Assembly (NCBI GenBank): GCA_964270895.1
Contig: OZ185443.1
Reading direction: 5' to 3' (one strand)
Length of the DNA stretch: 64,000 nt
Origin: Podarcis filfolensis
Taxonomy: Eukaryota
Position 1 is the stretch's first letter. Each line of letters begins with the position of its first letter. The position numbers and the translations under genes are program-made. The notes under the pieces were generated by a model, which was not told the DNA's origin, searched no databases, and saw only the letters and a list, made by a program, of their open reading frames with translations. Below are positions 13,202 to 25,365 of the stretch, one piece after another.

Positions 13202-14181
13202 TATATGTTTTGAACAATGGCCTCAGCAGTATGGAGACAAGGCAAGACAACGTTTCAGTGTCACCCTGGACAGCTCCATGTAGGGCTTAGGCTGGAGACC
13301 CCAATGACATCCAGTAATGTTTGTCTTCTTACACAATGGAAATAAATTTGTGCATTGAGTCTTCTGGTTTCCCTTCTGTTAACCAACCCCCAATCCATCT
13401 TCCTGCATGCCTCAAGAGTCTGCTACAGGGAGTCCTCCAAGACTCTGAAGGATGAGAGGACACAGAAACTTCGTTAGATCTCACCCCAGAAGAGCGGACC
13501 TGGGATGTTGTTTCAGCAGCAGCCATCATCAGACTACCTTGAATAGGAGCTGCAGCTCTGTCTCAGTAGCTAGCTCTGTTTTCTGTGAGAGGAGCTCTTA
13601 ATTTAAAGGAGTCCAGTCTATGTTAGCAGTTGTTGACTGACTCCAATGAAGCCAAAGAGACTGTGATTCTATAGGGTTTCTGTGCTATAGTCTTCAAGGT
13701 CAGAGAAGGGCAACACAACCAGAAAAGCAAGAGAGGCTCTGACACAATGGGCTGCCCTTGCATCAGAGTCTGTGGTTCAGTTGCCCTGAGGGCAATTCCA
13801 TCTCCCACTCTGAATCCCCAATCTTTTCCTCTAAAGATCATAGACTCATGACACCAGGTGAGGCAAGAACAGCAAGACACACATCTTTTGAAGAAGCATG
13901 CTGATATAACCACGTGGAATGGGGCTTCACAATGGGGAGAACTGAGATGGGGAGAACTGTACCAGCAACTAAAAAATGTATATATGGGCCCACATTGAGT
14001 TTACTTGCACAGAAGAGTGTTTAGACCTGAGATGTTAAACTCTGTCCTTTTTTTTATGAATCAGAGGGTTCTAGGCACATCTAGACTCATTAGCTCAGGC
14101 TACACACAGGTGATGTGCTTGCAGTGTTTTATGTTCTGTCTCAAACTGTACTATGTAAGAAGGGCTCCTGATTACCCAGGG

Positions 14182-14637
14182 CAGGGTGGTCCAACTTTTC
14201 ATCTCAAGTGGGCTGCAATAGTACATCAACATGGAACCTGTGGGTCACACACTACCATGTCATGTGGGGGGAGTGAGGCAAAAAATGTGATGCTTCCTGC
14301 AGCCGTGATGCTGCCTTCCCAAAGCTGAACAAGTGAGTCACTGGGCTTTGGGAAGGAGGTGCTAGGCTGTGGCATAGTCCTAGAACCCTCATATCTTCTT
14401 CCCAAAGCTGGAAAAATGCTAACTGGGCTTTGGGAAGGAGCCTTGAGGCCTCTATGACCCTGTCAGAGCCCTCATGCCTCCTTTCCAAAGCCCAGCGCCT
14501 TGCTTACTTGGCTTTAGGAAGCCAGCATGAGGGCGGTGGGGTGGCGGTGGCAGCGGTGGAATCAAATGTTGCTGAGGGCCACCAAAAATGGCCTTAGGGC
14601 CACATGTGGTCCTTGGACTGTGTGTTGGGCTGCCCTG
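14182..14637. mobile_element. hAT-type MITE
   Basis: Termini CAGGGTGGTCCAAC / GTTGGGCTGCCCTG are imperfect inverted repeats; flanks ACCCAGGG / ATCTAGGG (6/8) fit an old 8-bp TSD; internal GGCTTTGGGAAGGA repeats. Confidence 0.6.
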
Positions 14638-16014
14638 ATCTAGGGTGTCTCTTACCCAAGTAAGCCCTGTGGGTTAATGGCTTGATCATGCAAACCTCCA
14701 GTAGAATGGTTTCCAGAGCCACAGTTCAGTTCATCTCACGCCACACGGGTACATTATCTGCAAGCCTGGCATATCATTTTGCATGAGCAAGTCCTTGCCA
14801 TAAATCTTCTTCCATAGTTCATCAGAATGTGATGTCCTTGTCAAATTCTCATTTAGCTCATTTTGTCTGCCTACCCACCACTTTCAGTTAGCTCTGTTGT
14901 CCCTTATTCCCTTGTGAATGCTTGCAGCATTACTGAGTCAATGGGGCTGAACCCTAATGAAGGCTTTTGTTGTTATATTGCAAATATTTGCAAATCTAAT
15001 AATTCGCCAGCGTGATGGTTGTCATTATATAATCTTTCCTATATGATAGATTACAATATAATAAACACCACGCTGCAGAAATAAGGACCTTTGCGTCCTG
15101 AGGTTACTTTGCTACCTGTAAAATGTTTTCAGAGAAAATGTTCTCTCATTCCTGCACTCCTTTTACATCGCATGTAAAGGAGACGTTTTATGGATTCGAG
15201 TCACGTAGCTCACTGTGGATGAAGGAATTTGGGCATGGGAATTTTGACAGATAAATGATGTTGTGCTGTTTGGCGCAGGAGGAGGGAAGGGGGAAGTAAT
15301 ACTGTCAACAGCAGAGCAATCGCTTCTCGCTTATGCTGATTGAGGCCTCAGGTGGACCTTTGTTTCTGATGCATTAAGGTATTGGGCACGAGTCACACAT
15401 CACAACATAGCCCAACTTAACAATTAATTGGGATTGAAAGAGAACCTTGTGTGCGGGTGCCTAATGTATCTAAGTGTAGAATTGTTTTTGTTTTATTCTC
15501 TATAAACATGGGTGTTGCTCGAGACTGGGGCAACCCAGACAGATGGGCAGCATATAAATAAATTATTATTACTATTGAGAGGGTTTGCCAGGTAAAATGT
15601 CAGTGAACTGTTCCTTCTCCCTGTCCAAACATCTTATCCACATAAACATTTTCTCACAATGCAGTCCAGTTCCCCAACTAGTGAAGTTTCTGAAATTTAT
15701 TTATAGGGTGAGACAAGGAGATAAGAAGGTCCATATATTGCAGGGATCCCAGGCACAGAAATGCATTTGCATCTTTCCCCAGAGGGTCCACCAGGGGAGG
15801 CTGGGCCTTCTAGATTAGGGGTGGGAGGTGCTCACACCACAATTGTATCCCCAGGCCCAAAACTGTGCTTTTCTCCATAAGACTGAATGGTAGCTATTCA
15901 GCTACACGTGAGGAAGTAAATCAACCAGAACACCACTGGGAGGGAACAGCTATGCCTAGCCTTTTTACTGTGATCTAGATATATTTTATTCCTGTGACAA
16001 ATAATAATATAGGT

Positions 16015-16250
16015 CAGGCGTGGCCAACTCCCAAGAGACTGTGATCTACTCACAGAGTTAAAAACTGGCAATGATTGGGGTTCAGGTCAAAGTTGTTGAG
16101 TTTTTTTAGGAAAGCCCTGTTTTTTGGTGTTCAGGTCAAAGTTGTTGAGCTTTCTTTAGGGAGGAGGAAAGCCCCGTTTTTGGGGGGTGCAGGGCAAAAA
16201 TGTTGAGCTTTTTTTAGGGGAGACAAAGTTGTAGAGCTTCTTTGGGGGTA
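16015..16250 (+). mobile_element. hAT-like element 5' end with tandem subterminal repeats
   Basis: Starts CAGGCGTGGCCAAC and carries about four degenerate copies of CAGGTCAAAGTTGTTGAGC/TTTTTTAGG; right end not identified. Confidence 0.4.
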
Positions 16251-16817
16251 GATGATCCAATACTCAGTAGGAGGCTTTAGATTGGTGCATTAAGGCCCCT
16301 AGTCTTGTTGATTGGAGGCCATTACCTTTGTCTCAGTGGCAGGTGTGGCCCATCCCGTTTTGCTGGCTGAGGTAAAATGGGAAATTGCCTCCCCCTGCCC
16401 CCCCCCAGCCTTGCTTTCCAAGGTTGCACGGGAAGCTGCCACACAACCCCAGTAGTGGCGGCAGGGGCATATGGGGTACCCAGAGGACATTGCCCCTTGA
16501 GGTTCTGCCACCCTAGATGGCTGTTTCAGTCTGCCTCATGGGTTGGCCAGCGCTGCTCAGTGGAAACACTTAACTTATATGTAAGTAGTGAGGATGAATT
16601 GGTGACATTGTGATAGGATGGGAAAATCCTGCTCTGTACCCAAGATTCTGTTAAAGTTCTGTGTCAGTTATAGTGTATTCTATTTTGATGTTTCCTTCCC
16701 AGCAGCTCCGTGAGCCAGTTTAGGAATAGCAGACTAGTTCAATAGTAATGCCAAACCATTGTTTGGTGCTGCGTGAAGGATCCTTCTGCTTGCCTCCTCC
16801 TTCTCCTTACACACCAT

Positions 16818-16986
16818 AATTCCCTCCTCATCTTCCTTCTTGGTTTGAGGCAAAACATAAACTGGAAATTAGAAGCAAATACAGGTTAATTCTGGTTTGC
16901 ATTCTGGAGAGCATAACCCATAGTGTGGTGGCATGAATAAAATGACAAACTATGTTTTTCCTCAAACCAAGAAAGAAGAGGGAATT
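16818..16986. repeat. Long inverted repeat, probable palindromic MITE core
   Basis: Left arm TTCTTGGTTTGAGGCAAAACAT pairs with right arm ATGTTTTTCCTCAAACCAAGAA (21/22); pairing extends to about 40 bp with bulges. Confidence 0.6.
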
Positions 16987-17115
16987 TCAGAGCATGCAGT
17001 GAGGAGCGGAAAGTGTGAGGGTGAGGGTCCTTGTAGCTTATTCATTTATGTGGCATCCAGCCATGATTTGGTGTAACATGGGAACCAGCCCAGTGGCTGG
17101 CCTAAGGCTGCCCAA

Positions 17116-17295
17116 CAGTGGCGTAGCATGGGGGGTGCAGGGGGGGCCGGCCGCACCGGGCGCAACATCTGGGGTTAGGGCAAATCCATGGGTTAGGGGG
17201 CGCAAATCCATGGGTTAGGGGGCGCAAATCCATGGGTTAGGGGGCGCAAATTACTTGCCTTGCCCCGGGTGCTGACAACCCACGCTACGCCACTG
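17116..17295. mobile_element. Young hAT-type MITE with internal 22-bp minisatellite
   Basis: TIR CAGTGGCGTAGC / GCTACGCCACTG, perfect 8-bp TSD CTGCCCAA (17108-17115 and 17296-17303), CpG-rich, internal unit GGGTTAGGGGGCGCAAATCCAT (2 full plus 2 partial copies). Confidence 0.9.
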
Positions 17296-17303
17296 CTGCC
17301 CAA

Positions 17304-17385
17304 TGAGTTTCATGGCTGAGTAGGGATCTGAATCTGGGTCTTCCACATTCAAGAGCTTTATTGTAACACACAGGAGCCACCTTAG
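17304..17385 (-). mobile_element. Squam3-like SINE 5' portion
   Basis: TGAGTTTCATGGCTGAGTAGGGATCTGAATCTGGGTCTTCC is the reverse complement of the SINE B box/core. Confidence 0.5.
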
Positions 17386-17875
17386 AAATGAATAATTCTT
17401 CAAAATGAGATTTCATGGCTCACAGCAGAATCGCAGGCGCTCAGATTCTGGACCCCTTTGCTAATTGTCAGAGTGTTTGGACAGACCAGCCTGTTTACTC
17501 ACTGTTGCTTTGCCTTCTGGGATTGTGGCTGCTCAGTTTGTAACGGCAGGAAGTTCACCAGGAATCCCTTTTATTTTGAAATCAAAATAGTACAAAGGGA
17601 TGGTGTGTGAACAGGAGTAGGTAAGTAAAAACATGATTGATCCTTTCTGGTGGCTAGTACCACTTTCTGTTTCAGCTCAGTTCTTTACCACAGTAAAGGG
17701 ACAGTTCACTAATATTCTGCTTCAATTTATAGTTGCCACTTTCCCTTTCCTTCCTCCTCCCCCATCCCTTACCACTCCCACTGAGGATTTCTTTTAGGGT
17801 TGTGTGTGTGTAAAGCAGCCGTATGAGAGGAATAAAATAATTTTGAAGAGAATTATATGGCGAGAATTTTGACAA

Positions 17876-18095
17876 NNNNNNNNNNNNNNNNNNNNNNNNN
17901 NNNNNNNNNNNNNNNNNNNNNNNNNNNNNNNNNNNNNNNNNNNNNNNNNNNNNNNNNNNNNNNNNNNNNNNNNNNNNNNNNNNNNNNNNNNNNNNNNNNN
18001 NNNNNNNNNNNNNNNNNNNNNNNNNNNNNNNNNNNNNNNNNNNNNNNNNNNNNNNNNNNNNNNNNNNNNNNNNNNNNNNNNNNNNNNNNNNNNNN
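17876..18095. other. Assembly gap (220 N)
   Basis: Run of N characters. Confidence 0.99.
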
Positions 18096-18150
18096 TTGCC
18101 AGCAGTGTTTGTCGGATCAGGTGGAAGAAAGCTAGCCTCTCTTAAGAAAA

Positions 18151-18211
18151 GTGTGTGTGTGTGTGTGTGTGTGTGTGTAAGTAAGAGTGTAAGAGAGAGA
18201 GAGAGAGAGAG
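18151..18211. repeat. Compound microsatellite (GT)14 and (AG)10
   Basis: Read directly from the sequence. Confidence 0.95.
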
Positions 18212-19691
18212 CGAGCAAGCTTTAGGTGGCTTAGAAATAGTTCTTAAGAGAGATCTTTCTTCATAAGGGCAGAAATGGCTTTTAAAAAGTGGGTATAAGA
18301 CACTACCAAATATATGCATCGTGTATATGTGTAATTATTAGACCCTTTCTAAAAGTTTGGATGATACAATTATATGGAAGGCAACATAGGAAAATACATT
18401 CCAGCTGCCAGCACTATCAATTCACCCACCCTCAAAGGTTCACGGCAGTTTTTTAAAATATAGTTCTGATGAACACTAGATGGTTGTAGGTAGACCTGGG
18501 CATGGAGACCCTGCTAAGACATAACTGGCAGGGGTGGGGCGGGAACCAGGTTGAATATAGATGATTAAAAGTAAATTTCAGAGACTCGTACTAGGTGCAT
18601 AACCTCAGTTATGATTCTTAAATGTTTCTTAAAAGCAATACTTTTAGTTACTCATTAGCAGTAATCTTATAAAGGCACTTTTTAGCCTACAGAGCGTTGT
18701 ACAGCAATTATAACATTCCTCCTCACAACAGTCTTGAGGTAAATGGTTGTAATCCCCATTTTAGTTTACTTATCTGAGCGAGAGAGACAGTGGCTGAGTA
18801 GAAACTACCCCTTTCACACACACCCAGGCCAAGTACAGCATTTTGCCATTACTCATCCTTACCAGTTCAGTCAGCTAAAGGGTAATGTTTTGTTATCAAA
18901 CATTTGCCTGGAAGGTCCATTCTTCCGCTGGTAGCTCTCAGAGTTATGCTCATCATGCTGTGCTAGTTGTGTGAAGCAGCTTACACAGATCAGTGATCAT
19001 GGACTCAAACTTATTATAAAATAATGCAGTACTACTCATTTAAGGCACCCTTATAGCTTACTAGCAGCCTTATGCCCTGTGTTGCTTGGGAATTCCAAGA
19101 AACCAAAAAAGTGCAGTTTTGAAAGGTTCAGTCTGCCATCTTGATTCAAAATGGTGTCTAATCATATCCAAACACAGATGAAACTTCCTTTATCTCAGGA
19201 AACATCATGCAAAATTTAGTTACAGTGTTTTTAGAGATGTCCAAATGCATAGAGAACAGGGAACTTTCCAAAATACATAGAAGACCTCCTCAACCAGTCT
19301 ATAATTTTGAAATATTGAGGTGGGTGTTTTGGACAGTGAAAGTGTGATCAGTTCCTTCATATTCCACTGTTTCCCTATTGATTGGTACTGGAGGCATTGT
19401 GACTGCTCCTTAGTTTTTGTTTCAGGCTGGTACCCTTTTGGGTTCTCCTTTTGAACCTTAAAACATAATTTGGATTCATTCTGTTCTCTTCCTTTGATCT
19501 GCCTGTCGTTAGACCAAGGACATGAAACTTCCACTTGAACTGTAATTTTTGTTTTATCCTGTCCTAGTTCTCCTACGTAAATACTGCAATGGAAGTGGGA
19601 GGCTAGGACAGCCTGCTTACACCCTTCCTTGCACAACTGGCTTTCATGTTTCCCCACAAATACCACCCCTTGATTCTCACAATAGCTAATA

Positions 19692-19933
19692 CAGTGGTAC
19701 CTCGGGTTAAGTACTTAATTTGTTCCGGAGGTCTGTTCTTAACCTGAAACTGTTCTTAACCTGAAGCACCACTTTAGCTAATGGGGCCTCCTGGTGCTGC
19801 CGCGCTGCCGGAGCACGATTTCTGTTCTCATCCTGAAGCAAAGTTCTTAACCTAAGGTACTATTTCTGGGTTAGCGGAGTCTGTAACCTGAAGCATATGT
19901 AACCTGAAGCGTATGCAACCCGAGGTACCACTG
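19692..19933 (-). mobile_element. MITE family A, copy 4 (reverse orientation)
   Basis: TA|CAGTGGTACCTCGGGTTAAG...CCCGAGGTACCACTG|TA; small internal duplication of AACCTGAAGC.TATG. Confidence 0.92.
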
Positions 19934-20979
19934 TATAGGTTAACTATCAAATTTGGTGGCAAAGAGTCTACCTATAGACCAATCTTTATGTACCCTTTGA
20001 GGTAAGGATGACTAACTTGCCTCTTAAGATCTTCTAATGAACCCTAAGTTGTGCTTGTGGACCTGTTAACAGTTTTACTTTTCTTGACAAAGGCTCATAA
20101 TGAGAATATTAGGTAGCTTTAGTCTTCATAAGTGTTCCATCTCCATCTTGCATTTCTGAGATTTTCACTAAATGGTTTGGTATAGACTTCTGTAATTTTG
20201 CTAAAATTGTGGCTTCTTGGTTCACTTGTTTCAACCCTCACGTTTTGTGAACTATTACAATTTATAAAAACAATGATAGATAGAAATATGTAACCATAAC
20301 TGTAGCCTAGTGTAGGAAACATATTATACTGTTAGACTGACCCTCCCTGGGTATATACCCTTTGGCCACCCCCACCCTGAATACCCTTTTCTGGTGGGTC
20401 TAATAGGCTCTGAAGAAGAAGGAAAGCCACCTCTGCTTAACCATCAAAGCTAAAATGAGCATTCCTTAGCCAAGTTAAACTGTCCAGTTTGGGAAGGTCT
20501 GTTCTCATCATGCCTTGCACTGCATTTTTAGGGAGCTCCGGAAATTGTCCCTGTTTTCCCATCAACTGATTGGGAAGAAGTGGTAATTGCAGAATTGCTT
20601 CTGGAAGCGTGCCAAAAGAAATGTGCAGAAGGGTATTCTTTCAATTCAGCCCTTCATCTTTCTACAAATGCACATCTCACTAGTGGTTGACACTTGCTTG
20701 CTTTCAAGTTACTCCCTGTCCCCTTAAATTTAGTCAGTGGTGCAATTAGATAAATTTAGTCTGCACTCACTGGTCTTAAGGCAGACCCCTCTTTAGATGT
20801 TGCACATTACTTTAATTGCGTCAACATGTGGTAAGCTAGCCCCGCTGTGTTTAGGGACACCCCCACCCACCTGCTCTTTCCGCTGAGAGGGATCCTGGAG
20901 TTCTGCCCTGACATCCTGCGCCGACTGATGTTTAGTACCACAGAGAGTTCACAGTGCTCCTTTTGTGGTCTGGGTTCTG

Positions 20980-21740
20980 TGTCAGGCTTCTTCCTTGGAA
21001 CGTTCTGTGACTTCACAGAAGCAGGGAAAGAGCCGTCACCTGCTTTCTCTCTGGCCTCCTCTCATGATTCCCTTCTTTCCTTAGCCTGTTCTCACATCAC
21101 CCAGGGGCCTCTTGGTTCCTCTCCTTCCAACCATCTGCCAAGAACGGGCAGGATGACTGGGAGGAGGAAGAGAATCCCGGGGAGGGATGTTGCTGGGACT
21201 GGGACACACTGGGTCAAGCAGGGTGTGGGGAAGGAAGTACTTGCAGGGTGATAGAGCATGGGGAGGGGGATGAAGGTCAGTGCACAGAAACCAGAGCAGC
21301 AGGACCCAGCACAGCAGGCTCTGAGGTATAGCAAACAGTGGGAGTGGAGCTGTAGCAGGCAAGGGCCCACAGCCCAGCTTCCTGGCTGGCCAGGTGGGAC
21401 TCGCTAGCTCTGGGAGGAAGGGTGTGATTCCTCAGCTGGAGTAGGCTAGGAGCAGGTGAGGATCATATGCCTCGTCAAGCCCAGATGCTGCAATCAGAAT
21501 GCAGAGTACAGAAAGAAAGCAGAGCTGAGGTGCTGTGTCTGCTCAACTGCCCATGTTGAGGGACATTGGCATCTACGTTCCTAGACTTCTAAAGGACTGT
21601 CCTTTGGGTTTGACTCTGGACTGTATTCTGACTGGCGGACTTCAGACTTGGCTACTTTGAGTGACCCTCGACTGCATTTCCTGACCTTTGGACTTTGCTT
21701 GTGTGGACTGACTCTCAAATGTTAGACTTTGGATTTGACA
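20980..21740 (+). mobile_element. Probable solo LTR (761 bp; Gypsy-like or ERV, class uncertain)
   Basis: Termini TGTCA...TGACA (perfect 5-bp inverted repeat, TG..CA), flanks TTCTG / TACTG (4/5, consistent with a 5-bp TSD), GC-richer than flanks, 3' third made of GGACT/GACT repeats. Strand is inferred. Confidence 0.6.
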
Positions 21741-23267
21741 TACTGACTTGCTGCCAGGTAGGCCGGGGTTCATTTTCTTCTTGTTTCTGTCTTGGCTCTT
21801 TTCAAGTGTGATGTTTTCTGGTTTTGTTTTCAAGTACCCCTTGTGAGGCAAATTGGCAATGGGAATACTCTTTGTTGCATTCGTAGACTGTGATTCTCAT
21901 GCTTGAGTTTCGGTGCATATATTTGTGCTTTTTGTATTTCAAAGGTAAGACGGCTTGTGTCATTGTGATGCAGCAATCTATATGCTCAGCTTCTAAGCAG
22001 TTAAAATGGCACAGTTATTCAGCTCCATTTTCTTACCAACAGGATGGTTTAGCTGGTGAAGACACATTCTGTTTCTGGCATGTGGCAGATCGATGCTCTT
22101 TGGATGTTAATGGCTGTAGGAACCAGAGGGGCTGTTGCCTGAGCAAAGTTATTACCTCATTATCCATGGCACAGGGTTAGCTGTGAGGTTTGACCATCTG
22201 TGCTCATGCAGAGTGGGGTGGGGGGAGGAGATGGACAATACCAATAACATATTTCAAAGTGATACAGCTTCCCAGCCAAGGTTGCAGTTCACAGCATAAT
22301 CACAGACCTCCACAGTTTTGTGCATTTGCGTTGCTGGGGTCGGCCTCTACCGTCTGCAGATCACGCTTCCAGCTTAGCCTTTTGTTAGTTTTCTCTTGTA
22401 GTGCTTTGTCAGGTAGGACCTATTCTGTGTTTGTAGGCTGTTAGGAAAGTATAAGGTGGTCTGTGTCTCATAAACATTTTTACCCATAAAAACAAAATAG
22501 CTACAAAGAATGGGAAGGAAAGGAGCTAAATTTGCACTGCCCTCTGCTTTTTTTTTGGTACACAATGTTACCTTACAAGTGCTAATTAACTGGTAAACAT
22601 TCAGTTAAACATTAACACTGGTAAAGAGCTTTTGTAATGACAGATGCAGTTGCAGCACAATTGATAACAAGCCATTTTAAAAAAGCCAATATTGGAATTA
22701 TTTTGTTTAAAAGCTGTATCTTAGGCTTGGGGGGGGAACCTTGCGTGCTTTTATTATTTTGGGTGAGGTCTTGGTTCCTTTCAATCATTTGAATGAAAAT
22801 ATTTGTGTTGTTGCCAGAGGTTGATGCGTCCTCCAATTTTTTTTCATTGCATCAACTGTACATATTGTGTTCCTGTAATTGGCAGCCTGTAGCTCCTTGC
22901 AGGAGAGCAAAAGCTGCTGTTAGTGTCTGCCTCAGACAATCCAATAGTGCATAATGGGAAGGGGGAGGCTTCCTGTTACAATAAAGTCAGCTACCGTCAG
23001 GATGCATGTCTCCCTTGGAAGAGTTGTCTGTATTTGCATGTGAGTGGTTTCCTGCCACACTAGAAATTGATTCAAGTACATGACTGTGGATGCTCTCTCC
23101 ATATTTCCTTACTCTCCTCTTTTTAGCTTGTTTACAAATAATTAATTGTAAGGTTTATCACCATGTTCTGTTTTGTTTTTAGATCAAGTTTTCTGTATCT
23201 ATACCTGACACGTTATCCATGCATGACGCTTTATAGGAACAAAGTGTATGTAGAACTTTTGTATATA

Positions 23268-23493
23268 CAGTGGTACCTTGGGTTACAGATGCTTCAGGCT
23301 ACAGACTCCACTAACCCAGAAATAGTACCTCGGGTTAAGAACTTTGCTTCAGGATGAGAACAGAAATCATGCAACAGCAGCGCGGCAGTAGTGGGAGGCC
23401 CCATTAGCTAAAGTGGTGCTTCAGGTTAAGAACAGTTTCAGGTTAAGAACGGACCTCCAGAATGAATTAAGTTCTTAACCCGAGGTACAACTG
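23268..23493 (+). mobile_element. MITE family A, copy 5
   Basis: TA|CAGTGGTACCTTGGGTTAC...CCCGAGGTACAACTG|TA. Confidence 0.92.
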
Positions 23494-25241
23494 TAACAGG
23501 TTAATAACTGATTGCCTGTTAGCTCTGGGTTACAGAGGAATAGTGAAGGCTGGGAGGAGAGAACCTCAGAAAGGCTTAAAGGTTACAGCTGTATGCAAAT
23601 GGCCTCTTGTAACTGCCCATCCTGTTTGTGGGCAGCAGAACATTTCACCTAGTTTCTCAGGATGTGGAACTAGCAGTGGTAGTAGCGCAGTTTATTTTTT
23701 CCTGAAGTTTTGTTATTTTGCTGCCACCGCAAATGGCGGCGGCAGTGACTGTGTTAGCAGCCTGGACGCCATTTTGCATTCTCCACAATGCCCCCGAAAG
23801 TTCTGCAAATAGATTGTTTTTTGGGGAGAGGGGTAAGCAGTGAGAGAAAGAAAAATCTTAGATGAAAGTCTTCTGAAAAAATTCAGCTCAACTTTACTGG
23901 GTTGAGAGAGAAGATATTGGAGGAGCAAGGTGAGTGGAAAATTGTGAGTCAGGGAGCGTAAAGGGTTATTAGACTCCCCAAATATTGGATGGTAAGTCAT
24001 TGAATTTTGCACATTGGTTTTAATAGCCAGTTAGATTTTCGGATGCAGGTCTTTAGTCACTATATCATATGAGACACTTATTTGCTCCAAATTACCAAAT
24101 GTAACATAAAATTAATTGACGTGGAGGGAGCAAGTTCTGTTTCCAAAACTTAAAATATAGTGTCACAGGAGTTTATCAGAATTATTCTCTCGATAGCCTT
24201 GGTGAGAGAATTCCATTAAACAAAAAAGCAGTTTCTTTCCCATTGATGCAACACCTCAATATTGGCAGACGACCCTGAGGTTTTATAACACACACATACT
24301 ATTTCTCTAACACTGGGGTTAGACTGCAACTCATCCTTGACTGTTGGCCATGCTGGCTGGGGCTGGTGGGAGTAGGCACAACAATATGTTGAGGGCCACA
24401 GGCTTTCCACCACTGCTGTAGCGAGAATAGTGCAGGTTCTGGGTCAGTGAAATACTTGTATCTCTCTTCAGCTTGAGAAATTATTTTTTATTTCCTAAAA
24501 ATAGTCCAGCAACATATGAGGGCTCCAGATTGGGGAAGATGTCTGTAGCAACACATTTTAACCAAATATCTATAAAAAGTTCCAAGCCCTTCACTATGCT
24601 TAGTGTATGCTCCCCATAGTGCAGGTTAGCTGGGTTGCATCTGTGATAAAATGGCTTATTGACACTTTCCACCTGACAAGCCCCCTCTTTCTGCATAATT
24701 GCCAGATCGGTTGATCCACTGGATGCAAGTTCCCAGGTTTCTAGTTTTAAGGGCATATATATTTAATTTAGTCACCTCTTGTATGTTCAGCTGAACTCCA
24801 TTGCTAACATCTACTTATTTCATGGTCTCTGAGGCAGAGCAGAGTTCAGTGTGATCTTGCCAGCTTCAGTTCATTTTGTATGAAAGGCACTACTCCTGCA
24901 GTCTTTCCTCTGCCAAAGATGCCTCCTTGTGACTGTATCCTTTGGCATACTGCTCTTCATTATCAGCATGACATTCCTAGGTAAGAGCAGGGCTTAGATC
25001 CCCAGAGCCAGTGATCATTCAGCAAAATAACATTCAGCATGAAACAAAACAATGATATAATACTCCAAGCTGACTGGGAAATAGTGAAGACAGCTGTGCA
25101 GACTGCAAACTTGTACTTGCCTGTTCCACAACCATACTTTGTGAATATAAAATATCCTATCTATCATATTGTAGGGGGCTCACACAATTGCCCCTCTTAT
25201 CTCTATTCTGTTGTGACAAGGAAGAGGGCATGTGTGGCGGG

Positions 25242-25365
25242 CTTCAGACAGTGCTAGAAACGAGCCAGGCATCACACGCGTTTTGTGACTGGTGTGGGTC
25301 CAGTTGCGACCATGTGGAGATCCCTAGATGCCAGGATGGTGACTGACATCTCCACTTGGCTGGCC
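25242..25365 (-). repeat. Unclassified dispersed repeat, copy 2
   Basis: Reverse-complement match to 11594-11716. Confidence 0.65.

Noticed and set aside
17172-17251. Interstitial telomeric sequence from a chromosome fusion
   Set aside because: TTAGGG occurs once per 22-bp unit inside a TSD-flanked MITE, not as a (TTAGGG)n array.
17672-18319. Longest ORF in the track (215 aa)
   Set aside because: Artefact of reading through 220 Ns and (CA)/(CT) microsatellites.
19220-19666. 148-aa minus-strand ORF
   Set aside because: No recognisable domain, no convincing splice sites or start context; length is within chance for 64 kb.
22035-22111. 77-nt minus-strand exon candidate (PLTSKEHRSATCQKQNVSSPAKPSC)
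   Set aside because: Plausible AG/GTAAGA ends, but the peptide is unrecognised and its phase does not fit the other candidates.
23733-23832. First coding exon MAAAVTVLAAW... ending at a GTAAGC donor
   Set aside because: Good Kozak and donor, but no CpG island or promoter context and an unrecognised peptide; kept only as a motif observation.
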